64,000 nt of DNA from Octopus sinensis (lineage: Eukaryota): NCBI RefSeq assembly GCF_006345805.1, contig NC_042997.1, positions 51,150,001-51,214,000 of the forward strand, read 5' to 3'. Positions 39,650 through 52,949 of this stretch are shown one piece after another (position 1 is the stretch's first letter; every line of letters starts with the position of its first letter). Position numbers and translations under genes: made by a program. The notes beneath the pieces were generated by a model. The model searched no databases, had not been told where the DNA came from, and was given only the letters and a program-made list of their open reading frames with translations.

Positions 39650-40575
39650 CATTATTCAGTTTTATTTCAAGATTTCATGCCAATAAAGAAAGAGCCAGTT
39701 TCTAACCTAGATTCAAGGCTCCTTCATTGGAATTTCAGCATCAACAACAGGATATTTTTGTATGTATATATATATATGTGCAGATTTGTATGTTTTTTTT
39801 TATGTATGTCTTCTCATGCATATATTTGCATATCTAGACATACTCATATGTACTTAAATGATAAACTTCTGGAAAGTTTTACAGATTTTTACAGTTCCAG
39901 TGACAGCTTAGATTTGTAATCTTTGAATCAACTTTCTCCTTTCTGGTTTTGAAAAGCCTAATTTCTTAATATTGGTATTTAGGCAGTGTGTTACATATCC
40001 CAGTGCCTCAATAGTTACAGCTATAAACCTGAACTTGTAATGTGGATTGAGTAACTGCAGATTTCTCAATAGTTCAGCATATTCTCTTTTTCATTGACCT
40101 TCAGCTTTATGTTAACATCCACAAGGCAACTGTACACAATTTCTCCCCTCTGTTCCAAATCATTATATCAGGTGTATCATGTATACATTTTATTGAGTTT
40201 TTCACTGGGACATTTCACCATACTCCTTTTTATTATGAGAGGCTATGGCTTCCATCATACTGTGGGTTCTTATTTCTTTGTCCTCGTGGTTATCCTTCTG
40301 ATGGATTTCATTATATAGTTTTCTAGTTACATCATGTTTCATTGGTAGATAATACTGTGATGATATTTTCAGATAACTGCTTATGATGTATGTGATATTT
40401 TCAGTGATAACTCCACAAAGTCTGCACTGGTCGTCACATTTTACTGCGTTTCCTATATCTCTGTCTCCTTTGTGCATCAGGTATTTGGTTGATATTTCCT
40501 GTTCCTGGATTGAAAACTCATACCCTTCAAAGTGGGAAGTAGTAATCCGGATAGACTGCTTTGATGATCAATGTT
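39650..40575 (-). mobile_element. R4/Dong-like non-LTR element 3' remnant (CCHC finger + restriction-like endonuclease)
   Basis: QEQEISTKYLMHK, CRLCGVITENITYIISS..RHDV-like, HDTPDIMIW, IEALGYV and C-terminal VTGTVKICKTFQKFII*. Microsatellites on both flanks. Confidence 0.7.
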
Positions 40576-40638
40576 ACTATCATGTTTGTATGTATGTATG
40601 TATGTATGTATGTATGTATGTATGTATGTATGTATGTA

Positions 40639-40673
<35 letters not shown>

Positions 40674-42025
40674 GCACACACACATTATCGTTTTACATCT
40701 GTTCTTCATGATAGCATGAATTGAATGGTTTGACAGGAATCAACATGTCAGAAGATCACGTATCAGAAATATGTTGTCCATTTTGACATTGCCCCCAAAC
40801 CAGCATGGCTTGGCTTTGCATAAGAGAGTGTTGATGCTAGTGAACATTGCACAATTTGAATACCTCAGTGTCTCTGAGACCTCATCTTGCCAGTGAATGG
40901 ATATTTTTTTACATTGGCAGTTTAGGTGGAATTTAGCTAGTTTTTTTTGTGGGGATGAGGCTTATGGTTAATCCTTTAGCATTTAAACCAGTCATATCCA
41001 GCCTAATTATTTTCTTTGTTTTATATTGAAACCAGTCAGATCTGGTTTTTCATACCTACCCTACAATGTCATTCTAAAGATAAACAATCACATCATCAAA
41101 ATCTCAAAGTTACAAGGTAATGCATGATTAATTTAAAATTATGTGGATGAATAAATATAAAATTTGACAGAAAAATTTGAATGCTAAAGAGTTAACAGTC
41201 CGTTTCTAATTGGCATGCTGCAAATTTGGCAGGATAAGGACTCTGTAGAACTACAGTTTGGTTTGGAGTGTGTATCCTTCTTCCAGGTATTCTTCTAAAG
41301 TCTACTGAATTTAAATCCTGCTATTGACTTTATTTTAGATGTGGATGATTTTTGAGTGAATACTGCTGAGGTATGTGACCCTGTCAGTGGCTTCTAGAGT
41401 CTGATCTTTGATTTTGATAGCAGTCTCCATGTACATTTTGTGATAGGATGGTTGGTACATGACTTCTTTGTTCCAATGGTGAGGCTGAAGTTATTGTAAG
41501 TGAATGAGAACCTACTCATGCACTATTGCATTCTAGACTCAAAGCATCAATTTTAAGGATTGAATGATTACTTCTTATAAATAAAATATCAATCATAGTA
41601 GTATAGTATCACTGAGGACTCTATCATGGGATTTAGTTGGGTTCCTGGCAGTAACTATTGTCAATTGTTAGTAGTCTATCTTTTATCATCAGCTGTATGT
41701 AGGCTTTGTAGAGTAAAATAAGGTCTTTTCTGCCAGAATATGAAGAAATTGAAAGTGAAAAGCATCAATCCTCGCAAACAAATGAGTTGTAAAATATAGA
41801 TTTTAAGGAAGAAAAAACAAATTGCTTGTAACAAAAATTTAGCAATTTAATATCATTTTCAATATTCTTCCTGTCTATATTTATTTACTTATGAAATGTT
41901 TTACAGTTGCCAAGTCATTTGGAATTAATAAAATTGACTGAAAATTACCAGAAATACATTTAATTTATAATGTAATAAAAGTGGATTGTATGTTTAATTA
42001 TGTACTAATCCCCATATCATTTCAG

Positions 42026-42189
42026 ACAAGAAAACATCCTAAATTTGTTGTTAAAGAAATGGAAAGCATGTATATAGATGAATTAAAATCAGCCATAAAT
42101 CTCTTGATGGCAAACTTGGAGAGCTTACCAGTATCAAAAGGTAGTAATGAAACGAAATATTCACTGAAAAAATTTCAAAAATATAACAG
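42026..42189 (+). CDS. CADPS: CADPS exon ([54 protein letters not shown]), phase 0/2
   Basis: TTTCAG acceptor, GTAAGA donor; matches [34 protein letters not shown]. Confidence 0.96.
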
Positions 42190-42559
42190 GTAAGACAGCT
42201 ACATATATCATCATATTTGTCAGTGTCGTAATCACCTTATTTATCTATATATGTTAAAGGTCTGCAGTTAATATTTCACTTTATTTATCTGTTTACTTCA
42301 TATTTTAAAGGGTCCTTTGAACATCACAACTCAACTACTATATTGCAGCATTTGGTGGTATTTGATAAATGTCAATTAAAAATATAGTTTTCATTATGCA
42401 TTTGGTTGCAATATGATAAATGTTTCTCATTATTTATTCTTGGAAAATTTCTAATGTAGGAGTTTTTTTTTTTGTTTTTGTATTTAGGTTGAAAAACAAA
42501 TTGAGTATGCATAATTGTAAAAAAAATCATGCACTTGTTGGTATGCATATGGTTAGTGT

Positions 42560-43300
42560 TTGTTAAAGGTAAAGCTCTTATAAAAGTCAATGCTTTCACT
42601 TATCTTGGCTTCACAGTGACAAATGATGCTAAGCTTGGTATAGAGATTGCAAAGTGTGTAGAAAAAGCAAGCACACCATTTAGTAAAGTCTGATTGGCTA
42701 TGGAATACCCATGGTGTTTCAATTAAAACAAAAACTTGAATTATAAACAGTTGTCCTAACCACTCTGTAATACGAAGCTGAGTCTTGCACATCTTATAGC
42801 AAACATATTAATTAATTGAATAGCTTTCGCTTAATGTCCCTGAAATGAATATTCAAGACCAAATGGGAAGACAAAGTGAAAAATAGTGATATTCTGTCAA
42901 TGGTATTGAAGCCTTCCAAATCAGGGCTTAATTGAGGTGATGTGGCCTTATTTTACGAATGAGTGATGATAAGATTCCAAAGCAAGTATTTTGAGGGCAA
43001 CTTGATATTACTCAGCAGTGAGTTGTTAGGCCACCACTATGATATAAAGACAAATCAAGAGATAACCTAAGATACCTGAATATGAATGTACATTATTGGG
43101 AAGATGTTGCAATCAGTCAGAGGGACAGGAGTTGCCAATGTTATATAAAACTTGCTAACTTTGAGGTGCAAAGAGTTCTTTGTCATAACATGCTGCTTGA
43201 AAATAGAAAACAGAATCACCAAAATGCTTATATCTTGCAAATTATCATTGCCCTAATTGTGATTTTGCAGCCAGGTCAAATGCTGGCTTAAGTAACCATC
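42560..43300 (+). mobile_element. RTE-type LINE 3' remnant
   Basis: KVNAFTYLGFTVTNDAKL..KASTPF, an RTE post-RT region; multiple stops. Confidence 0.55.
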
Positions 43301-43629
43301 TATATGTCTCTGCTGCTTAAAATAATATAAATTTGACATTTACTATCTGAGTCATCTTTGCAATGCATTTGCAGGTCTAAAGATACACATGTTGTCATAA
43401 AGTTGAATAGATAGATTTTTGCATAACTATGTTGTAAATAATAAACGAAAAATAAATTATATTATGTTTTAATGAATGTTCTTTTTCCTTCTGCTTTGAC
43501 ACTTCCTCTTAGTTCAGTAATTCCATATTTATCTTCCAACTTCTCTCCCACCTCATCTTTTTTCTGCTATATTTATTTCTTTCCTGGCTACTCGTTACTC
43601 TTAGTTGAGTGTACCCAATACACACTGTT

Positions 43630-43775
43630 GAGTTGGTTTTAGGAAGGGTATCCAGCTGTAGAAACCATACCAAAGCTGACATTAAATCCATGGCACAACC
43701 CTGTGGCTCTCCAGATCCTGTGAAGCCATCTAACTTATATTAACATGAAAAATGAACATTAAATGATGATAATGA
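43630..43775 (+). mobile_element. (ATG)n-tailed SINE fragment
   Basis: AGGAAGGGTATCCAGCTGTAGAAACC..CATTAAATGATGAT. Confidence 0.65.
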
Positions 43776-44215
43776 AATGTGTATGTGTGCATGCATACAC
43801 ACACATGCAATAAAAGCAGTATTAAATTAAAATAACCATCTATGAAGCATACTTAATGTAAATATATCATTGTAAGGCAAGTAACTGCAGTGTTTGTCCA
43901 GAGATAACACCCTGTGTTGATGTGCTGTGTTTAAAAATACAATATATATATTGCAGTGAGGTAAAAATCATCCCACCAGCAGCTAGTTAGAACACCAAAT
44001 GCATTTTGGCCTTCTGGGGCATATCTGTGGTATGTACTCTCAGCCAGAAATATGCTTAGACAAGATTTGTTGCCTCTGATATATAGGAAACAGTAAATAA
44101 AACATCCAGTGATTTTGTGAGTAGCCACCCAGTTGAATTCAAATCTGTTATATACAATAGAAGCTGTTAAATTAAAATAACTCATTGTGTTATACTTAAT
44201 GTAAATACATTATTG

Positions 44216-44431
44216 GTTTCAAATTTTGACACAAGGCCAGCAGTTTCAAGGGAGATAAGTAAGTCAGTTACGTCAACCCCAGTATGCAACTGGTACTTAT
44301 TTTGTTGATTCTGAAAGGATGAAAGGCAAAGTCGACCTCATTGGAAATTGAATTCAGAATGTAAAGATTGACGAAATGCCGCTAAGCACTTTGCTCAATG
44401 TGCTAACAATTCTGCCAGCTTGCTGCCTTAA
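44216..44431 (-). mobile_element. Full-length tRNA-derived SINE with 18-bp target-site duplication
   Basis: On -: A-box-like TGGCAGAATTGTT and B-box-like GAATTCAATTTCC. Perfect TSD AATGTAAATACATTATTG at 44198-44215 and 44432-44449. Confidence 0.85.
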
Positions 44432-45487
44432 AATGTAAATACATTATTGAAAGGCAAGTTTCATTCAGAGATAATACCTCATATAAATGTGCTTTGTTTA
44501 AAAACAACAACAAAAAAATACAATATATAAAGAGGGAGAGGAAAATCATTTCAGCTGTGACCAGTGAGAATGCCAAGTGCATTTCACCCTAGCTAAGCCT
44601 TACGAATGGCATGTACATATAACCAGTCATATGCCTAAATGAGATTTCTTGTCTCCAGTGTGTTAGAAACAGAAAATAAAACATTAACTGATATTGCAAA
44701 TAGTCATCTGACTGAATAAAAATTCCTTATAACTGGCTTTGTGTACACAGTATAAATATGGCCCAGATTGGCTGAAATCTGGGATTGTTTTTGTAATGGA
44801 TCTACTATAGGAGGCTGCTACTCTTATGACCATTGTTGTAGTAGGTTGAGGTCATATTGAAGGCTGTCTCATCCATTGAAACTGAGGAGATTCATTTACT
44901 TCTGATATAAACTATATTTCTAATGATGCTAGGTGAATTGCTTGATGTTCTTATATATATAGAAATGCCTTTTATTAGGCTCATAGCAAGACATAAAACT
45001 GCTACTTTCTAGAACTAAGATAATGTTGACATTACTTGGATTCATATTTCCAATAATTTTAAATTCATACACTAGAAGACCTTTCCTGAGTTTTCTACCT
45101 AGCTTATACTCACTCATGTCTTGGGTGATAATCAACCCATCATCCCTGTATACACTTTATCTCAAGTCTGGCTATTGCTTATTTAAAGAATTCAGAATAC
45201 ATGCATTTATGATCATTCTTAATACCCTCTCTAGAAGCAGCTTTAAGAATATGCTAGTATACACGCACAAACATATATATATACATATATCTTTTATCAT
45301 TTTCTTGTTTCAATCACTGGACTGTTGCCATGTTAGGGCACTTACTTTCTAAGTCTGGTACTTATTCTGTCATTCTCTTTTGCCAAGCTGCTATGAGGAT
45401 GTAAACAAACTAAAACTGGTTGTCAAGTGCTGGTTGGAGGACAGACACAAAGACATGCACACACAACACTAATATACACAGATATAT

Positions 45488-45680
45488 CATCATCATCATC
45501 ATCATCATTTAATGTCTGTTTTCCATGTTGGCATGGGTAGGATAGTTTGACAAGGATTGCTAAGTCAGAAGACTTTACCCAGCTCTGTTGTCTGCTTTGG
45601 TATGGTTTCTATGGCTGGATGTCCTTCCTAATGCTTACCACCTTACAAACTGTATTGGGTGGGTGCTTTTTTATGTGGCA
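45488..45680 (-). mobile_element. (ATG)n-tailed SINE fragment, antisense
   Basis: (CAT)n..TTCCATGTTGGCATGGG..GGATGTCCTTCCTAA..GGTGCTTTTTTATGTGGCA, the reverse complement of the 61705-61891 family. Confidence 0.75.
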
Positions 45681-47123
45681 ATGACAGCAGTGAGGAGGTC
45701 ACCAAATAATTTGCAGGACAAAACCCCCTCAACTGGAAATGGGGAGAAGTAATTAAGAACAAAAAAGGTATCTTGCATTGGGGGAGAAACATGGCTACCT
45801 TAGAGAGAGAGAGAGGGGTGGGTGGGTGAGAAGATGGTGAAGGTGTAATAGGGAGGAGACAGGGGCTGTATACTCAAATTACAGAAGGTTGTATATAGTG
45901 AAGTGGACTGTAGATTGGGGAGGGTGAGTAGGTGGGTAGGTTCACAAGATTGTGAAAGGAGAGTGTGAGCTGGAGTAGGGGAGATGTAATGTGTAGGCAC
46001 AGTTACAGGGAAGGATATTCAGGGTGGGGGGATATATTGTGGATAAGTGTATATAGTGAAGTGGACAGGGATCAGAGAGGGTGAGTAAGTTCACAAGATT
46101 GTGAAAGGAGAGTGGGAGCTAGTGTAAGGGAGATGTAACGAGCAGGTGCTGGTAGAAGGGGTGGGTATAAGGAGGATATGTTGTGGGGAATGGATTTAAC
46201 AGGGACATATTGTGTGCAGGTAGATACTTGAGGGAGAATGGATAGGAGGAGAATACAGCATTGGTGAGCATGGGTTGGGAGTGGGTTGTGGGGGAAGAGG
46301 ATTTTACATACCTGGGCAGGTGAACCCAGGGTTCTAGTAGAAGACACTTGCCCAAGGTGCCATGCAGTGGAACTGATCTAAAAAAAGTTTTAAAAAAAGA
46401 CATAAACAAAAAGTATTCCTTTTCTATTCTCCTGAACTACTTGAATATTTCAATTAATCCCAAAGGCCATCTAATTAGTTATAATGTGAAGTGAATGTTT
46501 GAGTTATGAAAACCACTTTACTTGACCGAGATTTGTAATGAGATTCAAGCCCAGCAGACTTACCTGGGATGATTTTTTGCTACCTGGAGCTACAGTATTT
46601 GTATGGTGTGATATATTTTTTGGCTGAAAATAGGTTTTGGGTTTGTCCTCAGAACTACTGGCTTTGATTCTGCTTCAGACACAGATTTAGTATGCTGTAC
46701 CATAAGCATGTTTAATAGTATTTAATGGTCATCTATCTCTACCAATTTATTGGGATACTCTTCATATGTCAAGGATGTCTTTTGTCATCTTTTCTGTATA
46801 TGTTGATTCCAGTCTCATTGTAATAGAAACTGGTTGTTTTAAGGAGTATTTTTCTTGAAATAGATCACATATGAATATTAATAGCTTATGAAGATAATGA
46901 TATGACATTTTATTATTCTATATTCTTTTGATGTATGTTATTATTATTTTTATTGTTGTTGCTGTTGTTTTGCAACCCTAATGCTTAGTTAGTTGATTTG
47001 TATCTTCCTGAAAATTTATATCTGTGTTGTAAAATTTAATTCTATGTCAGATTTTATGCATAATTGAGAAATTATTGTTATAACTTGTGTAATAATAACA
47101 CTGATTGTTTTTGTTTATTTAAG

Positions 47124-47217
47124 GACTCACCACTCCTCAATTTCCAAGTTAGATGTATCTGAAGACAATGAGCCTGGCCTTTCAAAACTTGATGTTGTTC
47201 TTACTTTTACTCTTGAG
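47124..47217 (+). CDS. CADPS: CADPS exon (R/THHSSISKLDVSEDNEPGLSKLDVVLTFTLE), phase 2/0
   Basis: TTTAAG acceptor, GTTTGT donor; keeps the frame; matches CAPS LSKSDVVLSFSLE. Confidence 0.9.
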
Positions 47218-47400
47218 GTTTGTTGTTAACTTTTTTTTTTCAATATTTTTGCTTGTTACCTTGGTAAAGAAAAGTGCTTGTAATTTGTTATATATTATTT
47301 TATAAGTGGAATGTTGGGATATTTTATTATGTGGGAAGCAATAGATGTTGCTGAAATTTATGATAAACAAATAAATATAAAAAGATATCAGAGACATTAT

Positions 47401-49830
47401 CTTTTTTTTTTATCAGTTTCAGCTCAAAGCTGTGGCCATGCTGGGGCACCACCACTTTGCTACACTGTTATTATTGAGAGCCTCCTCTGATATGTGGCAT
47501 TTGGTGTGTAAGGGAGTTTGAGGTCACTGCCCCTATTTGTCCTTCTTGCCACGAGGTGGGTTCATCTGGGACTCTCAACATGAAGAGAGCCAGTTTTGTT
47601 TTGAAAACCTCTACATCCACTTTGTGTAAGAACGTCAGGATCTTTGTGAGAATATTAAAAAAGCTGTGGGCCCTTGCAGTAACTGGTTTTTAACCCAGGC
47701 TAATGCAGTAACTGGTTTTTAAGTGTGATGGCATTGTTGGGATCTTTGACACTGTGCAGTGGCAAACCATTCTAGCATTTGTGTAGCTTTCAATGCCAAT
47801 ATTTTAGCACAATCCCTACCAGGATCTTCCAGATGTATATTACTGCATATGTCTACTGCATCACTCCAGGGAGTAGAGTGTTAGCTGTTTCAGCCTTTCC
47901 TAGTTGCTGAGCTGTTGCAATGAGACAATCTTCTTTGTGAAGCTTCGCTGGATTGCTTTATGGTCCACTACTAATTTTACACTGTAGGGTGACCACAGCT
48001 GGAAGTAGTAGTCAAGGCAGCTGAGGACAAATTTCCTCTACAGGGACATAATGGTTTCCTTCTCTCTGGTTCTGAATGTTCTCAGGATCCAGTCAGCCGC
48101 CCATCTGCACTTCCTCACCATCTTAGTAATGTGCATTTGAAAAGAGATATCATCGCTCAGTCAATATCCATGTCCCACACTGATTTAGGTTCTGGGATTG
48201 TAATGTCCTCCAGGCCAGCATTCCCTGTAAGTTTTTTGTTCCGTTTTGCATGCTGTTAGTGAGGGGCTTGGAATTTTTCAGCATATAACTGCATATTATT
48301 GTCCTCAACCCATCTGTAAATTGCATCCAACTCCTGCTGCAGGTGTGCAACATCATTAGGGTTTTGTATTTTCTGCAAGACTTTTGTATCATCTGCTTAG
48401 CTAGCAAAGGTGGCTATCTGGGCAGCTGAGGGCATATCTGAGAGGGCCACTATGAAAAGCAGTGGTCTCAAAACAGTGCCCTGTGGAACACCACTTGCTA
48501 TTTGTATCTTCTTTGAGGTGGCTCCATTGACCACCACTGCCTGGCTTCTGTCTTTCAGAAAGTTATATAACCACAATCCAAGTTTTCTAGCTATGACAAG
48601 ATCACGCAGTTTGTGGCATATCATACCATGATCCACTTTATCAAAAGCTTTTGCAAAGTCAAGGTCTATTACATCCACATTTGAGTTGTTGAGTAACTGC
48701 CTCAATACTCAGTCATAGTGCTGTAGGAACTGTGTCAGGCAGCTCCTACCTGGTTGAAAGCCATGCTGAGTATCACTCAGTAAGTTGTTTTCTTCAAGGA
48801 ATGTGATTAGTTTCCCTCTGACTATTCATTGCACAACTTTGCTGATGTGTGAAGTCAGAGAGAGATAATCCTATAATTTTGGGCTTCTGCTCCACTTCCC
48901 TTTTTAAGAATTGGGCATATTGTTCCCTCTTTCAGTTTGCTTGGCAGCTTGCCATTTGCAAGAAAACTCTGGAAGAGAATCTGTAGTGGTTTTGCCAGGG
49001 CATGTTTCCACAATTTGAGGAGGATTGCTGGGAAACCATCAGGGCCAACAGCTGAGTTTGCATCCACCTCATCTATGGCTAGTATTATATCTTCTTCACC
49101 AATATTGATGTTACTGGTTATAGGTGAGGTAGCAAAGAAATCCACTGGTTCATTCACTTGTCTGTGTTCCAACAGGGTAGTAAAGACACTTTTGAACTGA
49201 TCCTGGTTGGGTTATCAGTGAGGGAGCCACCCTTCTGGAAGAGAGGTCCTATTTTGCAGCGTACTGAGGCTGTTTCTTTGGCATAATGAAAGAAGGCCTT
49301 TGGGTTTCACTTGATGTTTTTTATAATCCAGGCTTCTTTGTCTGTTCTCTCTTTCATAAAGGATTGTTGTAGGCTTTTTTCAGTCTCCATCAGTGCTGTT
49401 TTTAGGCTGGGATGTTGGTTGAAGTGATTTGCAATCTTCATCCATTGTCTCATGAGAATCTTCCTCCCTCTTGAAATTTTGTTCCTTTTATTGTTGGCCT
49501 TGTGCTCTTGGACACATTTCTGGCATATGGTTTGCATAACAAATATGATATATTCTAGTTTCATGTCAATATCTGGTGTGAAGAGACATTTCAGCCAGCC
49601 CTATCTGAGGATCTCTTTTTGGATTGATTTCCAGTCTGCTTTGTGGAAGTTCAGATTGGAGAGGTTTCGGGTGCTTCCTTTAGACTGTATGTCTCTGGCT
49701 ACTTTTGGTCCATACATAGACAGCTCTATTATGTTGTGATCTGAAACTAATGTCTCCGTCACTTTCACATTATGAATGATGTCCATATTGTTTGTGAAGC
49801 AGAGATCCAATATGTTATTTGCACAATTTG
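47401..49830 (-). mobile_element. 5'-truncated CR1-like LINE (APE C-terminus + RT + intact 3' end), antisense in CADPS intron
   Basis: LCFTN..VSDHNII, AVGPDGFPAILL, NYRIISL, DLDFAKAFDKVDH, GVPQGTVLRPLLF; 3' end TGCCCCAGCATGGCCACAGCTTTGAGCTGAAACTGAT-A-rich. Confidence 0.88.
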
Positions 49831-50529
49831 CCTCATGAAAAGGACAATATCTGTATGAAAAACAATAGTTAAGTTAGTATTAACATATGTAAGGTAGGGA
49901 ATATAAAAAATCCAATTAGAAATGAAGCAGTGAGAAAAGAATTCTGAACCCAATAACTAATTAGTATTTTAATAATTATACCATGTACAAGAGATAATTC
50001 TAAGTATGTTTTTGTCTAATAATAGCAGTCATTGCACTAATGTTATATTTTTCTGACTGTGTAAAGCATTTATTAGATTTCTTGTGCTCACTATATTAAA
50101 TATGTTTAAAGCTAAGTGAATATCTTTCATGTAAAATGCAGTAAAAAGTCACCTAGAAATAATCAAACAGTAAAAAAACAATAATGTTAGTGATTGGTAA
50201 TATTAAGTATGGGAGGCATTATAGACATGCTTTGGTTTTAATATGATCTCTCCAGTAAAGCATAGATTAACTAAAGTAGTATTGAAAGAATTACTAAGTA
50301 TGAGATTGTTTAGTAAACAAGATTGGTGTAAACAAGAAAATTGAATTGTTTTGAGGATAATTTACTCAGAATTGCTATCGTCATATATAGAATTATAAAA
50401 TGTTTCAAACTGGAATTATATTATCCGAGTTACCAAGTGTGTGGTTTTGTAAAAATTATTTAAATTTACAAGTTGGACATTGTGTTAAATTACGAAGTGT
50501 CTTCTAAAATTGTTTTAGTTGTATTGTAA

Positions 50530-50830
50530 GTAGTTAGAGTATTTGGCTCAAGATCATATGGTTGTGAGATTGATTCCCAGTGGCGTAATGTGTCCTCAAG
50601 GACACTTTATTTCACATTATTCCAGTCCACTCAGCTGGTAAAAATAAGTTATACCTGTAATTAAAGGGCCAGCCTTGTCACATTCTGTGTCACACGGAAT
50701 TTCCCTGAGAACTACATTAAGGTTACATATGTCTTTTGAGTGCTCAGCCACTTGCACATTAATTTCATGAGCAAGCCATTCCATTGATTGGATTAAGTGG
50801 AACCCTCATCATCATAACCAACAGAGTGTC
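50530..50830 (+). mobile_element. tRNA-derived SINE of a second family
   Basis: tRNA-like head (TAGTTAGAGTATTTGG..GGTTGTGAGATTGATTCC) followed by GTGTCC..GACACTTTATTTCACATT..CCAGTCCACTCAGCTGG. Confidence 0.55.
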
Positions 50831-51842
50831 AGTTATTAGTTGTATTTTAATTATAGTTAGAGCTAATGTTTGTAGAAGGTGTGAAATTATTGAAAATTGA
50901 ATTTATATTGTACTTTGGGTGAAAAAATGTCAGTTGTAATATGTAGAAATAGGTCAATTTTTTTTTTTAATAAATTTCTTTAAAAGTACTATATTTATAA
51001 ATATTTGGTGCCAAATGCATTCTCTCAAGGCATAATAAAAGTGAACTGGTTGGTTTGTGAGCACTATAAAACTGAATGTTTCATTTGCTTACAGTACCAA
51101 GTTACTATAAACTGATAACTCTTATCAAGAGTGAAAGATAACTCTCACCTGGTTAGAAAGCTAATATTAACTCTATTACATCTTTACTATGTTAAATGCC
51201 TCACTAAGACAATATATAAAGTCACTGATCAAATTAAATTTATTCAATGTTGTTTTCCAAATGGCCCAAGCAAGTGTCTGCAGGTGTATGGGTTTTAATC
51301 ACAAGAAATGAATGATTGGTTGTTTAAATGACCTAATTCTTATACACAAGACAATTATTTCTTCTAAGTAGGAAAATATATGACTTGTATTTATTTCACT
51401 TAGTCTACTGACACAATAGTCAGGATTAAACCCAGAAACATGAAGTATCAAACAAGATAATGTAAAGTTAGTCAACATTTCTGCTATATATATATTATCC
51501 CTAACACTTATTACAATAAATACTATTCTTACCGGCCTATTGTATTCAGTCTTCTTAGCAGTTAAATATGCTCCATTGTTTAATGAAATGATTAAATTAT
51601 TTCAAACTTACTCTCAAAAAAGGTCTGTTAAACCAACTTTCTAAACCTATAAAATAAATTTAGTTACATAAATTTCAACAAAAGTGGTTGTCCAGTTATA
51701 TTTTGTACTAATAATCAACATACTTAGTTATGATAAATAACAGTTGATTAGATTGTAATTTAACATAATTGTTCCTAAATTGAATTTTAAAAAGTATTCA
51801 TGTTTATTGTCACAATGTAATTATAATAATTATGTTTTCTAG

Positions 51843-51964
51843 GTTCATGTAATTGAAGTTAAAAATCTCCGCTCTTTAGCTCCGAATAAAATTGTTTATT
51901 GTACGATGGAAGTTGAGGGTGGAGAAAAACTGCAAACTGACCAAGCTGAGGCCTCCAAACCTTG
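51843..51964 (+). CDS. CADPS: CADPS exon, C2 domain ([40 protein letters not shown]), phase 0/2
   Basis: TTCTAG acceptor, GTAAAG donor; near-identical to [34 protein letters not shown]. Confidence 0.97.
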
Positions 51965-52499
51965 GTAAAGATACTTTTGAAATTCATAACTATTTTTTGT
52001 TTTCTTCAATTAATTCTAAATAATACCACTAAATAATATTTTTTACTGGACATAAAACATTTATTTGAAATGGGAAGTATGTTGTTGATTAACTTCACTC
52101 CTGTATTATTGATGTTCTGTTCTTGATTCCAGAAGGATGATAGATAAAAATCACTCCATGGATACAATAAAGAATTTAGATTGACCCTGTCCCTTCACAG
52201 AACTTGTAATCTCTGACGATCCAAATTAGAGTCTTTAAAGTAACTAATTTAGCATTCTACCTGGGAAATGTTCCTTCTTTAGAAAATTATATTTGGCCTT
52301 TCAGATGCTGAGTTGTTTTAATAAGCTTTACTCAAGCAGACCTGTGGCATGTGGTTACTCATTCAGTAATGATTTCCAGATTCAAGGCAAATAGGATGAA
52401 GTTCTTTGTTTTAGAAACTGAATCCTTATTAAAAAAAATACATCTGATATAAATAGCTGTGTGAATATTCAGATACATAAAATCCTGCCAGCATAAAAG

Positions 52500-52780
52500 A
52501 ATTATTCATTCATTCAAGAATATTTTTACATCCACTTTTCTATATTGGCTTTGTTTGTATGAATAAATAGTATGGTATGTATTGTGTCTTCTGAGATTCA
52601 ACTTTAATATTTGTTCCCATTTCATTTTTGATTGTCTTCTGGCATGAGATCCTTCCACTATTAGTTCATAGCTGTTTTCTCCTAGCATATAGCATCCTTT
52701 TGCATCACATGTCTTGGAATGGAACAATTGTGTACAGTTGTTTTGGCAGTGGCCTATATCATTTTGACACCAATTTGGCA
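52500..52780 (-). mobile_element. RTE LINE C-terminal remnant
   Basis: LIVEGSHARRQSKMKWEQILKLNL resembles the RTE motif VEG..RGRPRKTW.. Confidence 0.45.
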
Positions 52781-52949
52781 ACAAATGTTTTAGTGCCAAG
52801 AAGTAACATATTTGATTAAAAGATACCAGTGCAAAGAGATATATAACTGTAATTCATATTTATATATATTGAAAATATAACTTTTTATATAAAAGGTTTT
52901 AGGTTTACATTTGGTAATTATGATCAAGTTATTTCAAGGACTTGACTGC

